Source: Octopus sinensis (Eukaryota). From it: 64,000 nt of DNA. The stretch covers positions 74,524,001 through 74,588,000 of the forward strand of contig NC_043007.1 of NCBI RefSeq assembly GCF_006345805.1, written 5' to 3'. Positions within the stretch are counted from its first letter, which is position 1. Each line of letters opens with the position of its first letter. Shown piece after piece: positions 1 through 13,550 of this stretch. Position numbers and translations under genes: made by a program. A model generated the notes under the pieces. The model did no database searches and was not told where the DNA came from. It saw nothing but the letters and a program-made list of their open reading frames with translations.

Positions 1-51
1 TGTGTTGGTGTGTATATATATATATGTATGTATGTACATACATACAGACAT

Positions 52-84
<33 letters not shown>

Positions 85-125
85 CACACACACATTATAG
101 CTTTTTATACCTTTTATTTCTTCAG

Positions 126-331
126 ATGCCAATTCTGATTACAGATTCACTGAACTACAATTCCCAAGTGAAATCAAAATTCTTTGCAGTGCGTTTTACA
201 CTCTTCTTACAATCTGTGCAAATTTTTTCCACCGGAGATTATCTCACAGTCTAGCTGCAGTACAAATTATCTCTTTTGCACTCTCTATCATACCACCAAC
301 CACAATGCTGCTTATCTCATTCATGATTTAA
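126..331 (+). CDS. Probable terminal coding exon of an upstream gene (product unknown; hydrophobic C-terminus, possibly a TM or GPI-signal tail)
   Basis: Pyrimidine tract and acceptor (ctttttataccttttatttcttcag|) at 125. Stop-free phase-1 frame (D)ANSDYRFTELQFPSEIKILCSAFYTLLTICANFFHRRLSHSLAAVQIISFALSIIPPTTMLLISFMI* ends at TAA 329-331 and is followed by a long U-rich, repeat-poor stretch. Absent from the ORF track because the frame has no early start codon. Confidence 0.45.
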
Positions 332-859
332 ATTTCTTAAGATCATTCCTATTTTCATTTTCCTTCTTTGTTGTTATTGTTAATAGACAAGAATGTACAT
401 GAAATTCCTTATAAGGAAATCATTCCAGTGCATATATATTGTAAGGTGTGACCTTGATATTTTGCATATATTTAGAAATGAACTTTGTATGTATTCAAAT
501 ATTGCTGCTCATACTTTTGTTGACTAATTTTGGTAAATCATTAAAATGAATGTAGCTGCTTTTGCTTGTTTTTTTTAGCTGTTTCTTCTGATTTTAATTC
601 TTTCTATATTTTCTAACATGAATAAATTTTGCAAACTAATACTTCTAATGCTTTTAAACTTGGTATTGAAATAGGTGTCACAAGAACAACAACAATAACA
701 TTTTTTAGAGATTTTCTTTTATATATATAAGACACTCATAAATTTCTTCCATTGCATGGAATTTTACCTGTTTGCATCTTTAGATGCAAACAGGTATATG
801 TCTTTTGACATCTCTGGTTGAGATTTGGATGCAGCTTGTATAAATTAAAGCAATGGCAA

Positions 860-895
<36 letters not shown>

Positions 896-2231
896 TCCAA
901 TAACAACTACCACAACAATTTTCCTATTAATATCTTGTTTTCAAAATTCTTTGTTAGATTAGAGTAAAATTTAACTTTTTTCCTTCAAAATATTTACTTC
1001 ATTGAATTTCATATCCAACATGATATATAAATATTTATGAACAAAGAACTCAAACTTTGTTGGTTTCATTTTTGGTCTACCTCTTTTTTTTAATGTTGCT
1101 GCTGAGAATTTTGCTCAATTTTTTTATCTTTTTCTTTCTTTTTTTTTTTTTTGGCTTAACAATGTCTTGTTTTCTCAAGAAACATACAAATGTGTAATAT
1201 TTAAATTTTTTAAACTTTTAATATATACTAGGAATTTATTTTGTATAAAATTAGAATTTGTTTTTATTCTGTAATGGTGAAAACAAATCTGTTGATAAAT
1301 ATATAATGCTTTTTGTCAAACAAATGAGAAAGAGTGCTCAATATGTTGTAGAGGATATGGCTTTTTTGATTATTTGAAGCTGGGAGTTTGTCTCGCAACT
1401 TGAGTTTTAATAAAGAAAACATATATTCATACATTATTATTATTATTATATATGCTTATTTTCATGTTGTCTGTTCTCTCTTAAATAGGTCTTATGTATG
1501 TTAATTGCATGTTTTTTTTAAATATTTTTTATATTTCAGTTTATCTTTGAAACTGGAGATGTTGATAAACATTTGTATTTTTTAGTTTTATTTAATATAT
1601 TTTCCCCCTAGCTCCACACAAGTCCTATTTTTCAATGTGAGTGTGTGTGTGTATGTGTGCTTTACATTTTATGGTAAATCAGAAATTATGAATTTTTTCC
1701 CCCCTTGTGTGCTATCTTACTCATTGGCTGTAACCATGCTGGGGCACTGCCATTTAAAAATATATTCCTATGATAAACACAATGTTGTGTGAGGTTGTCC
1801 AATTTGTTTTCTATTATTGCAGTCGCAAATAGTAGAAAGCTGTACTGAATGCTTGATACTGTTTCATTTCATCCTCTCCATGGAGTCAAAATTGTGTTTC
1901 ATTCCTCCTGGGTCAGGAGGAGAAATGTCCATTCAGTCCATTCATACAAACATTGGTGTTGGGTCTATTTAAAAGCAATCATTATTACTCTTTTGTCCTA
2001 ATATTATTATTATTATTAGTTCCCCCCTCCCTTGCATACTTATTCTATCAATAATATTAATACTGATGCTTGTATAACAAATCTTGTTCAGGATATTTCT
2101 GCTGTTAACGTCTAAGGCAGTAAACTCTTTGTACCTAATAATGATTTTTTTTATACTGCTGATCGGGTTATGTGCTTAATGAAGATACTTAATTCTACTT
2201 GGCTTGCAAGCACTATTATTATTATTATTAA

Positions 2232-2445
2232 AGGCAGCAAGCTGGGAGAATTGTTAGTGTGCTGGGTAAAATATTTCGCAGCATTTCATCTGCCTTTACA
2301 TTCTGAGTTCAAATTCCACTGAGGCTGACTTTGCCTTTCATCTTTTTGGGGTCAATAAAGTAAGTACCAGTTGAACACTAGGGTCAATGTAATCAGTTTA
2401 CCCTCCCTACCCAAATTTTCTGGCCTTGTGCCAAAATTTGAAACC
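2232..2445 (+). mobile_element. tRNA-derived SINE, family B (MetaSINE-like core), CpG-decayed copy
   Basis: Matches the better-preserved copy at 39088-39320 (gagctggcagaa head, ttctgagttcaaattcc B-box-like, gactttgcctttcatc..ggggtcgataa..gtaccag core), with CG changed to TG/CA. Confidence 0.75.
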
Positions 2446-5400
2446 ATTATTATTATTCTAGGATCTGGATAATATGTCTTGTGGTATGTAATTGTATCCT
2501 TTTACAATATTAATTTAAATCCTATTGGAAATGACTTTGCTTTTGCTTTCTGTACTTCTAGCATTGATAAGTTAACCCTATAACTCCTGAATAATGAATA
2601 TACAAAAGACTAAAATATTTGCAGTAACCACCAGGTATCATTGCTTGCATGCAATAATGTTATTCAAAGAAATCTTAGAGCTTATACAAGTTTTGAATTT
2701 TTGTCATCTTCTTCTCTTTTGAAGTATCAAGAATTATTATATGTATTCTATAAGTACCAGTTGTGTACTGGGGTTGATGTAATTGACTTACACCCTCCCT
2801 TGAAATTACTGGCCTTGTGCCAAAATTTGAAACTTATTATTATTATTATTATTATTTGACAGAATCATTAGAACATCGAACAAAATGCTTTGCAGTATTT
2901 TTTACCAGCCCTTTACATTCTGAGTTCAAATCTCGCCAATGTCTACTTTGCTTTTTATCCCACTGGGGTTGGTAAATTAAAGTACCTGTCAAGTACTGGG
3001 GTTGATGATTTCAACTAACCCCCAAAACCCTAGAATTTGCTGGCCTTAGGCCTAAGTCACAAACAGTTGCTATTAAGAAATAGATGAGTTTTGTGTAGTG
3101 GTAACTGTGCAGTAAATAGATTCCATAATCTGGTCTTTTTTTTTTAATTTTTGATGAGAACTCTTCGTTATTTTTATGCCTTCAGAAAAGATATAATTAC
3201 TGCAACTTCTTTTCACTCTTGTGTCTAAGGCTTCATGCCTAATTAAGAAATCATTAATATCACTCTACTTTGTTAAGCAAATCACTAAATTAGATCTAGT
3301 TTAACTTCAGTTTGTAATTGTTATTACTATTATTATTCTGTCACTGGCATGCTTAATTTACACAGTTATATATTCATGTAAACAAACTCACACTTGTATC
3401 TAATATCACAGATGTCTTGCCAACCCATCTCTGACTCTATATTTATCAGTTTTAATACTAATATCAAGTCATGCTATTGACACTCACCTGTACCCTATAA
3501 TTTACTGTTCCAAGGGATGGTAGCAAATTTGTATACTTTGGAATTAATTTCTTATCATTTGTGATTGACACTTCAATAGAATCTCACATTTTTAATAGTT
3601 TCTTCTCATGTTCTCAGCCTGATTGCTATCTATGTGGTAAACGATAATAAAAGCACTGACCATTTTGATATTCCATTTAGAATCCTATTTAAATTGTTAG
3701 GTTTTTTTATATGAATTTCAAACGAATAGTTTTCTTGATGTGATGAGAACCAGCATGCCATTTAATGTCATTTGGCATTAGTACTTGATTAAATTTTAAG
3801 CTCTGCCAATGTAGACACTCTATAAACATTGTGTATATAAGCACATCACCAGTTCCTCTATACCATTGCTAGTTCGTTTTTTTTTAATTACAAAATCAAA
3901 TTTGCCTGTTTGAAACGAAGTTTTTGCTGTGATTTATATAACTGTTTTAATAACCACATATTATTTCAGTTACAACTAAATTTTCAACTTTTCTTGTCTT
4001 TGTTCCTGTTTAAACTTTGTGTTTGTCACTAACTTTTGTAAGACCACTTTGAATGCTGTGACTACATCTTGTCTGTAATGTAGAATAAAACCTCAATGTG
4101 ATATTAGCTATGAGACACTAATTAGAAACACCTCTGTTACAAGTTCTTTACATTGGTGTAAACCCTTCAATATAGTTTGGGTGGCTAATTAGCAATTTGA
4201 ATTATATGGTTCTTTAAAGAGAGATACATTTAGCATTTCACTTTCAATGAAAGATATGGTCTCTTTTGTCATTCCACTCAGGAAGCGTTTTTATTTATTT
4301 ATTTTTTGTTCTTTTTTTTCTTTCTTTTAACGTTATTATATACCATATGTAGTACAAGTAGGTCCAGTGTAGAGAGAGCTTATGAATGGTCAATATAGAA
4401 AACCAGCAAAGCTCATTAATTTTATTCATCTGTATAGGACATGAATATTTTGTGGTATGCTCCTTCACCATATTTATACAACTATATGCAATATATATAT
4501 ATATATATATTCATGTAAGACTACACTTCTGTTTATTAATATAGTGAAGATATTCTAAAACATTAGAGACTAACATTGTAATATTATATTATGACAATAT
4601 ATAGTTTAAATTGTTTTCTAGCCATCCTGTGATCTAATTGAGTCCCATTATTTATATTTTTTCTTTTTCTTTTCTTTTTTGGCATACAATATATTTGACA
4701 CAAATTGGCAATTGTATGTGATTCCAAATGTTTACTAACTTATTTATATATTATAAAGAAAATAACTTTATAAATTAGTTGTTTTTTTTTTTTTTGTTTT
4801 TTTTTTTTTTTTCGGTATGTGTGTTTGTGTCTTGCTAATTTAAATTTTTATCTGTTGGTATATTTTCTGTTGGAAATATATTTATAAATTTTCAAAGTTT
4901 GTGGAAAGAGTTAAGCAATGGAAACCTAACTCTTATCCTTGGTTTGTATTTTACTTGTAAAGTTATAATCAATGACAAATGGCAAAAACAACAACAACAA
5001 CAATAATGATAATAATGTCAATTTCTTTTATATTAATGAGGGAACTTTTAGACAGCCATTCCCTAACATATTCTTATTTGAACATTCACTGTGTATTTGA
5101 TCACAATTTTGTGAAGTTGTTGTATATATGTTACACTTGCAAAAATGCAATTGGTGAATAACTAGGATTTGAAACACTGTAATTTTCAATGAGTAGCCAA
5201 TAATTATTTGCTTCTTGATGATAGTGTTGTTAATGAGAGACAAATCTTCTCTGACAACAATATTGATATAATTGTATTTATATATGTATATATAACCACA
5301 AACACTCACTATATGAGAAGGTACAAGAATAAACAGAAAGAAAATTATTAATTTATCATTTAATAATATTTTAAACTATCACACTCATGAATAAATTTAA

Positions 5401-6586
5401 ACACACACTCACACACACACATATACACACACACAGTATGTTTTTCTCCTTATTTGTGAGCTGCTATTAACACATTTGTAATATACTAAGAATATTTCAT
5501 GACCTGTAACTCATAACAAACATATATTTTACAGCTTAACTATTTTCCTTCTTTACCAAAAAAAATTTTTAATTTGTAAATTATTGACATAACTTACTTC
5601 TATTTTTGTCTTTTTTTATTTCCTTTTTGTTGTTTGGCATTTATACATTGCTTTTTGTTAATCGTTTGGCATTTATATATCGCTTACCAAAATCTTTTGT
5701 ATGAAGACATGCTTAAATTTAAGGATGCTTTTTCAAATGATATAAACATTACATATAAATAAATAAATATATACATCCCAAGATGCATATGCATCACTCT
5801 TCTTCACAACTTTGTGTCATGCCTCAAACTCCATACTAAACACAATCTCACTCAGACATTCCTAGAACAATCTACTTATTTACATATTCCCCCTAAATAA
5901 ATCTGTCAACATTCAAATTTCGTACCAACCATATCAACTCTGCTAATATGTCTCTTTATTCCCCAAAATATATGGCCTGAAACTTACAGATAGGTATTGG
6001 CTTTCACCAGACTAAGAAAAAAATTACAAAATATTTAACACACACACTTTAATATGAAAACAAAATCACTTCATTTCACTAGTTGTCGTACCCGTTATTT
6101 CTTGGGGTATTGAACACTAATAAATAAGAGGAAATGTTTTTGTGAGAAATCATGTAACTAAGACTATCTTTTTTAGAAGCTTACTCTTATTGTATAAACC
6201 TGCTCATATATATATATATATATATATATATGTACTTATATTATATATGTTTATATACATAGCATATAATACTAGTAAAAAGTTACAATGTGAATTTTAA
6301 ATATTATTAGAATAATTCTTAAAATGAAAAATATATATAAGTGATTTTCTTTGAATTTATGTCGATGAAAGGATTAGAGCATTGTATACACACACACACA
6401 CACGTATACATATATTTTCACAAACACACACACACACATACATATATTCACACACATTGGGCTTCTTTCAGTTTCTATCTACCAATCCAATTACAAGGTT
6501 TTAGTCAGCCTGGGGCTATTGCAGAAAACACTTGCCCAGTTGTAACTTGCAGGTATTGTGTGTGTGTGTGTGTATCAGCATCACCA

Positions 6587-6624
<38 letters not shown>

Positions 6625-7034
6625 AAGAAGTTACACCTTAAATAATATACTGAATGTGCATAATGTTTATCTTTAGATTCTCCATACATTGTAAATTATA
6701 CTTGAGCATATTAATAACAAAATACAAGCCAAAAGTTAAAACATACACCATACTATAGGAATAAATTAAGTACTGTTACCTGATTGCTGAGAGTAATTTG
6801 CTATTAACAGTCAAAATATGAAATCCAATGATGAGGATTTTCTAATAACAGCATCATTTCCTTGATTCATGTTACATATTTTGAAAACAAAAAAAAAAAA
6901 AAAAAAAAAAAGAAACGTGCCACTTCATGTAGCTGTGACCATGATGGTCTAGAAACATTGGTGGACTTTGGAATATGATTGTGTCTAATTAAATGTAAAA
7001 GTCTAATAAGGAAATACAAAAGCTCATCAATATA

Positions 7035-7445
7035 GGTGCAGGAGTGGCTGTGTGGTAAGTAGCTTGCTAACCAACCACATTGTTCCAGGTTCAGTCCCAC
7101 TGCGTGGCATCTTAGGCAAGTGTCTTCTGCTATAGCCCCAGGCCGACCAATGCCTTGTGAGTGGATTTGGTAGACGGAAACTGAAAGAAGCCTGTCATAT
7201 ATATGTATATATATATAAGTGTGTGTGTATATGTTTGTGTGTCTGTGTTTGTCCCCCTAGCATTGCTTGACAACCGATGCTGGTGTGTTTACGTCCCCGT
7301 CACTTAGCGGTTCGGCAAAAGAGACCGATAGAATAAGTACTGGGCTTACAAAGAATAAGTCCCGGGGTCGATTTGCTCGACTAAAGGCGGTGCTCCAGCA
7401 TGGCCGCAGTCAAATGACTGAAACAAGTAAAAGAGTAAAGAGTAA
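7035..7445 (+). mobile_element. tRNA-derived SINE, family A (~420 bp, internal TA/TG microsatellite, aagagta tail)
   Basis: Head ggtgcaggagtggctgtgtggtaag, ggttcagtcc B-box-like, (c)ttgggcaagtgtcttc motif; about 20 near-identical full or partial copies in the window. Confidence 0.85.
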
Positions 7446-7753
7446 TAAATGAGTTCAAATTCAGTTACGTCTTCAATACAACATGCTTGAAAATAGAGCA
7501 TCTTTCCTTTATGTACAAATGTATATAGTGAATGTTAGTTGTGTGTGTATATAATACTATCAACTTTGTTTACTGATCCATATATTATATATATATATGC
7601 CTGCTAATATCAGACAGTAAGAATGAGTGCTTAACACTGCATTGGTGGATAAATATTATTAAGGCTACCAATGATTTCATGTATTGAGATTCTTTTACAA
7701 TTGTTCAAGCATACCTCGTGGAAATATTGGTACTCATCTCCATTTTGGATAAG

Positions 7754-7788
<35 letters not shown>

Positions 7789-7872
7789 TTATTTGAAGGA
7801 ATAAAATCCAAACTTACAAAGAAAAAGAATTAAATTTAGAAATACTAAATCAAATTCCACACAATATAATAA

Positions 7873-8095
7873 ATATAAAATATTAGAAAAAAACCACCTT
7901 TTATCAATTCAAAATGAATAATTAAATTACACCGTCTAGAAAATTACATATAATAGAAAAGTTAAAATTAAAATAAATATTATTTTAATTTTAACTTTTC
8001 TATTATATGTAATTTTCTAGATGGTGTGATTTAATTATTAATTTAATTATTCATTTTGAATTGATAAAAGGTGTTTTTTTTTCTAATATTTTATA
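7873..8095. repeat. Near-perfect AT-rich palindrome (~110 bp arms) within a (TA)n-flanked Penelope-like repeat
   Basis: 7873-7980 is the reverse complement of ~7983-8095; upstream sequence resembles 63585-63660. Confidence 0.75.
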
Positions 8096-8311
8096 TATAT
8101 ATATATATATATAAGAAATAACTGAAGTTAATGCATAGTGTATATGAAGATTTAGCAATATTAATAATGATTTGTTTAACCAGTTTCACATTCGTATGAT
8201 TTTGAAAAATTATAAACTTTGAGGGACATGGAGCTTTGTCACAAGCTATAGTCTTTCTTGATGTGTATCTTCATACACATGTATCTGTCTATCTATCTAT
8301 CTATCTATCTA

Positions 8312-8342
<31 letters not shown>

Positions 8343-9202
8343 CTATGTGTTTGCACACTGTCAGTTTACTTATGGTTGAATTAGAATATATATATGGTTA
8401 CATGGAAAAAGGTGTGGGACATAAGTTAGTTATGAAAGTGAATAGACGGGATTTATATATTTATACACACACACATACACGCACACATTGATAGATTCCA
8501 TTTTCCACATTGCTAATGTTTTTATAGTTTTCATGACACTTTTCAGTTATTATTAAAATAATACTTTAGTGCAGTTTGGTACAATACTCAGTATGGTACA
8601 CTAATACTCAGAACACTCAACTCTATGGCTGCTACAATTTTTCCCATTTGGAAATGTCCAAATTGCATTGTTAATTTCATTAAGAAAGGCTTCAACACTC
8701 ATAATATAATTTCTTTCCTACCTTAATAATCCAAATCGTCATCCATATATAAGATTATTATTATTATTATTTATTATTATTATCATTATTATTATTTGAT
8801 ATTATTGCATGCTTGCTTGCTTGCTTTGTTTCTTCATTAATATATTTTTATTTATTTATTTTGTTCTCTTTTTTTATTCCACATCTAACTGAATAACAGG
8901 AAACCTTGTTAATGAAAAGTTTTTTTGTTTTTTTTTCTCAAAATAAACAAATGTAATAATTACATAATAAACCAAAAATATAAAATTAAAAACTGAAATA
9001 GTCACATGACCATATATGGTTCTGTTAATGCCATTTCTGGTTCTGTTGATACCATTTGCAAATTTGTGTACTTGGATGCAAAGGAAAATAAAGCAACAGA
9101 TTTTTTTTTAAACAATTTCGTTCTGTTTTTGTTCAACATCATGTTCTTTTATAGTAACTGTTCCCAGGTTTATTAACAATTTAGATGCCAATCCACCTGA
9201 AA

Positions 9203-9764
9203 TTTCCTTTGGTTCTGACCATATCTGGCTCAAATATTCTACCCATTTTATGTTCAGACTGGCCAGGTCTGACCTCTCACATCTACCCTACAATGTCATT
9301 CTAAAAATAAACAGTTGCTATAGGCATAGGACTGGCTGTGTGGTTCCGGATTCAGTCCCACTGCGTGGCACCTTGGGCAAGTGTCTTCTACTATAGCCTC
9401 AGGCCAGCCAAAGCCTTGTGAGTGGATTTGGTAGATGGAAACTGAAAAAAGCCCGTCGTATATATGTGTGTGTGTGTGTGTCCCCCCCCCCAACATCACT
9501 TGACAACTGATGCTGGTGTGTTTACTTTCCGCTAACTTAGCGGTTTGGCAAAATAGACCAATAGAATAAGTACTAGGCTTACAAAGAATAAGTCCTGGGG
9601 TCAATTTGCTCGACTAAAGGCGGTGCACCAGCATGGCCACAGTCAAATGACTGAAACTAGTAAAAGAGTACTTGCATCATACAAGATAATGCATGATTAA
9701 TTCGAAACAATGTGAATAAATAAGCATTAAATTTGAGAAAATTATGCAAGTGTTAAAGGGTTAA
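9203..9764. mobile_element. TTAA-ended (piggyBac-like) MITE interrupted by a family-A SINE at ~9322-9670
   Basis: The two flanks join to match the intact element at 30844-31072, and it ends in aaagggTTAA. Confidence 0.6.
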
Positions 9765-10582
9765 GGTGATCTAAATTAATAACGCCAAAGTTAATTTACT
9801 AAATTTTTCATTATTTTCAAAATTAATTGAAAGAAAGTAAACTGCAACAGAAATATCATACAGAAGGCTTCAACCCTCCTGAGATACAATAAAAACTGAT
9901 TTAGAAAAAGAAAAGAAATTCTGAAAAAATCTTCATCCTGGAATGTCATTTTACTCAGAATTGTTACTTCTTACATCTTATCATCTCCAAAGATGGTTCT
10001 GCTTGACCTTAAGAATGGGCAAAAAATTTTATTTTTTGATCGCTATTTTTAGTCATAGGACTGTGATCATGCTGGAGCACTGCCTTGAAGGGTTTAGTCC
10101 AATGAATCGAACCCAGTACTTGTTTTTAGGTTTGGTACTTGTCCTATTGATCACATTTATTGAGCTTCTAATCTCTGAGGACGTAAACAATCCAATATCA
10201 GTTATCAAGCAGTGTGGTGGTGGGGGACACAAAGACAACCCACACAATAAATACACACACACATGCACGTATGTACATAAATATACATACATATATATAT
10301 ATATACATATCGTTTTTGGATTTGGTTTACAAGATTTTTTATATGAGTTCGTGTGTTGAGCATATTCTGTTATGTCTGGGGAAAGTCATTGAAAAGGTTG
10401 CAGGACACAACAAAAATTTTAGGAAAATAAAAATAAGAAATAAGTGGAAATTTTACCGGTGAGTGTGTTACATTATAAGGCACAAAAAGAAAATGACTCT
10501 CCCCAGACACAATTATAGATATATATATATAAATAAATAATATGGGTGGCTAATTTGAAATTTTACAACCTGAAGGCAGAAA

Positions 10583-10887
10583 TATATATGTCACTAAAAT
10601 GAACAAAGTACACTAATCGGCATCAGTATTGCTAGAAATAAAAGTCCAAACAACTCAATAGCCACAAAAGTACTATCTTAAATTACTAACAGGGGAGACA
10701 AGCTCCTTACGGTCACAGATATAGTCAGATCATCAATGATCTGGCTATACTCTGCGACAATAGGGAGCTTATCTCCCTTGTCAGTAATTTAAGATAGTAC
10801 TTTTGTGGCTATTGAGTTGTTTTGACTTTTATTTCTAGCAATACTGATGCTGATTAGTGTCCTTTGTTCACTTTAGTGACATATATA
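10583..10887. repeat. Imperfect inverted repeat, ~150 bp arms with a 4-nt loop
   Basis: The arms pair around agatca-TCAA-tgatct (loop 10733-10736). Confidence 0.85.
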
Positions 10888-11544
10888 TATATATATATTT
10901 TTATATGGCAAGCTTCCATAAGGTTTCACAAATTGGTAGGCCTACAATTATAATAGAAGACACCCTAAGTGCCACTCAGTAAGAGTTGAACTGAAACCAC
11001 ATGGTTACAAAGCCAGCATTTTAACCACATAGCCATGCCTGTGCAGATAGAATTTAAAACAATATTTTACTCTAAAAATGTTTTGTTTTCAAAATACTCT
11101 ACTATATAGATAATTATGTAGAATAATGAATTATTTTCCCAATCAGTAACTTGCTCCAGTGTCTACCACATTGCTTGTGACTATACAAAATTGCTAGATT
11201 TATTCTCTACTCCAGCATTGGTTGCAGTCCAATGACTGAAACAAATAAAAGACAAATCTAAATGTGATCTAAAGGCAACACAAGAGTGGCCTAACATATA
11301 CATTCCACTTACTCATTATAGGGAGATTATTGCAAAGGCCTACTTCCCCTACACTATTACTTGACAGAAGTGAAGAACATCAACATATCTTTTAGGAATG
11401 GCTAACTTGAAAACTGTGCGTAGAAATGATGGTATTCCTTTATCTTTTACTTGCTTCATTCTTCATTCTTTAGGTTGCAGTCATGCTATGGTGGGGGTGG
11501 CAAAGACACACACACATATTTACATATATATATTTGTGTATATA

Positions 11545-11952
11545 TATATATATACTCTTTTACTTGTTTCAGTCATTTGACTGCTACCATGCTGGAGCAC
11601 CGCCTTTAGTCGAGCAAATCGACCCCAGTACTAGGTTTCCTTTGGAAACCTAGTACTTATTCTATCCATCTCTTTTGCTGAACCACTAAGTTACAGGGAT
11701 GTAAACACACCAACATTGGTTATCAAGCTATGTTGGGGGGACAAACACAGACACACAAACACACACACATATATATACATATACATATATACGACGGCCT
11801 TCTTTCAGTTTCTGTCTACCAAATCTACTCACAAAGTTTTGGTCGGCCTGAGGCTATAGCAGAAGACACTTACCTAAAGTACCACGCAATGGGACTGAAC
11901 CTGGAACCATGTGGTTGGTAAGCAAGCTACTTACTACACAGCCACTCCTGTC
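11545..11952 (-). mobile_element. SINE family A
   Basis: Reverse complement of the family A consensus. Confidence 0.8.
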
Positions 11953-12499
11953 CTCTCATAAGGTTTTGGTCAGCCTAAAGCTGTAGTAGAAGATGCCGTG
12001 TAGTGAGACTGAACCCTGAACTATGTGACTGGGATGCAAACCTCTTACAACATGGCTCGTTCTTTTGGGGTTTTTTTTTTGCTCTGTTGTTGCATGAAAT
12101 ATAGGCAAAGAATGCTATAGCATCAAGGTGTTGTATGTCTGAAATGATAAATCTGCCCAAAAACAAATATTTTGTTAGGATATGATTGTTTACAGCCATT
12201 TTAATTCTAAATATTGATGGTTACAGCATGTTTGAAAGAATAATAAATTTGGTTCCACAACTATTTTATGGAAACGTATAGCTTTGAAGATTGGAATGAG
12301 TTTCAGAGTGTGACTGGTGCAAAACCAGTGAAGGTACGTGGCATAGTGGTTAGGGTATCCTGCTTATGATTGTAAGTCATGGGTTCAATACCAGGCAGTG
12401 CATTGTGTCCTTGAGCAATGCACTTTATTTCATGTTGCTCCAGTTCACTCAGATGGCAAAAATGAGTAGTACTTGTATTTCAAAGAGTCGGCTTTGTTG

Positions 12500-13175
12500 C
12501 ATGGACAGGAACAAAGAGCCAACGTGAAATTTTGCATTAAACCTGGGAAGTCTGCTACAGAGACATTGAGCATGTTTTGGCAAGCTTATGGTAATGGGCT
12601 GTACACAATGTTTCAGGTAGCATGGATACTTCAAAATCAGAAAAATATCCCTAGAAGACAATGAACAATCTAGAAGATGATGAGTGATCTGGAAGACACA
12701 CCAGAAATGTTACCCCTGGAAATGTGGTATTGAGCATTGAGAATTTGTCCCCGAGGGCCAGATCATCAATCAAGGGTTCTACTGTGACATTTTGAAGCAT
12801 TTGAGGGAGAACATTTGGCAAAAGTGACTGGATCTGTGGAGCATGAAGAACTGGATTCTTCACTGAGTTCTACTCACTCATGAGTTTCTCACCAAAATCA
12901 ACATGGTATCACTTTTGCACCTGCCCTATTTGCCAGATTTAGCACCTGTGGACTTCCATCTCTTCCCCAAGATGAAAATGCAGTTCAAAGGTCACTGTTT
13001 TAACATTGTTGTCAAGATTCAGGGTGAATTGCAGAAGGTCCTCAACTCACAGAAAACGTCCAGGCCGGATCCCAAAAGTGGCAGGAATATGGGGACCAGT
13101 GTATTGCTGCATAAGGTGACTATTTTGAAGGAGATGATGTTAAAATTTAGGGAAATAAGTTATTTCTTCATCAAA
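12500..13175 (+). mobile_element. Degenerate mariner transposase remnant
   Basis: EQRANVKFCIKPGKSATETLSMFWQAYG (mariner N-terminal HTH) and HLPYLPDLAPVDFHLFPKMK (YSPDLAP-DF-LF motif), broken by frameshifts and stops. Confidence 0.85.
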
Positions 13176-13181
13176 CATTAT

Positions 13182-13550
13182 AGGCGCAGGAGTGGCTGTG
13201 TGGTAAGTAGCTTGCTTATCAACCACATGGTTTTGGGTTCATTCCCACTGCATGGCACCTTAGGTAAGTGGATTTGGTAGACAGAAACTGAAAGAAGCCC
13301 ATCGTATATGTGTATATATATGTATGTGTGTGTATATGTTTATGTGTCTTTGTTTGTCCCCCAACATTGCTTGACAACCGATGCTGGTGTGTTTATGTCC
13401 CCGTAACTTACCATTTTGCCAAAAGAGACCGATAGAATTAGTACTAGGCTTCCAAAGAATAAGTCCTGGGGTCGATTTGCTTGACTAAAGGCAGTACTCC
13501 AGCATGGCCACAGTCAAATGAGTGAAACAAGTAAAAGAGTAAAAGAGTAA
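13182..13550 (+). mobile_element. SINE family A (internal deletion)
   Basis: Head ggcgcaggagtggctgtgtggtaag and tail aagagtaaaagagta. Confidence 0.8.

Noticed and set aside
7035-7110. tRNA-like A/B-box sequences at SINE heads (also 25990-26095, 29580-29650, 39088-39180)
   Set aside because: They do not form full cloverleaves and are fixed to SINE bodies; not tRNA genes
8570-8725. ~50-codon open frame (…LYGCYNFPIWKCPNC…)
   Set aside because: No start codon and weak splice signals; frames of this length are expected by chance in 64 kb
9006-9177. 56-aa ATG ORF with a hydrophobic segment
   Set aside because: Lacks the Y-x13-YY-x3-W-x-P motif and any splice context
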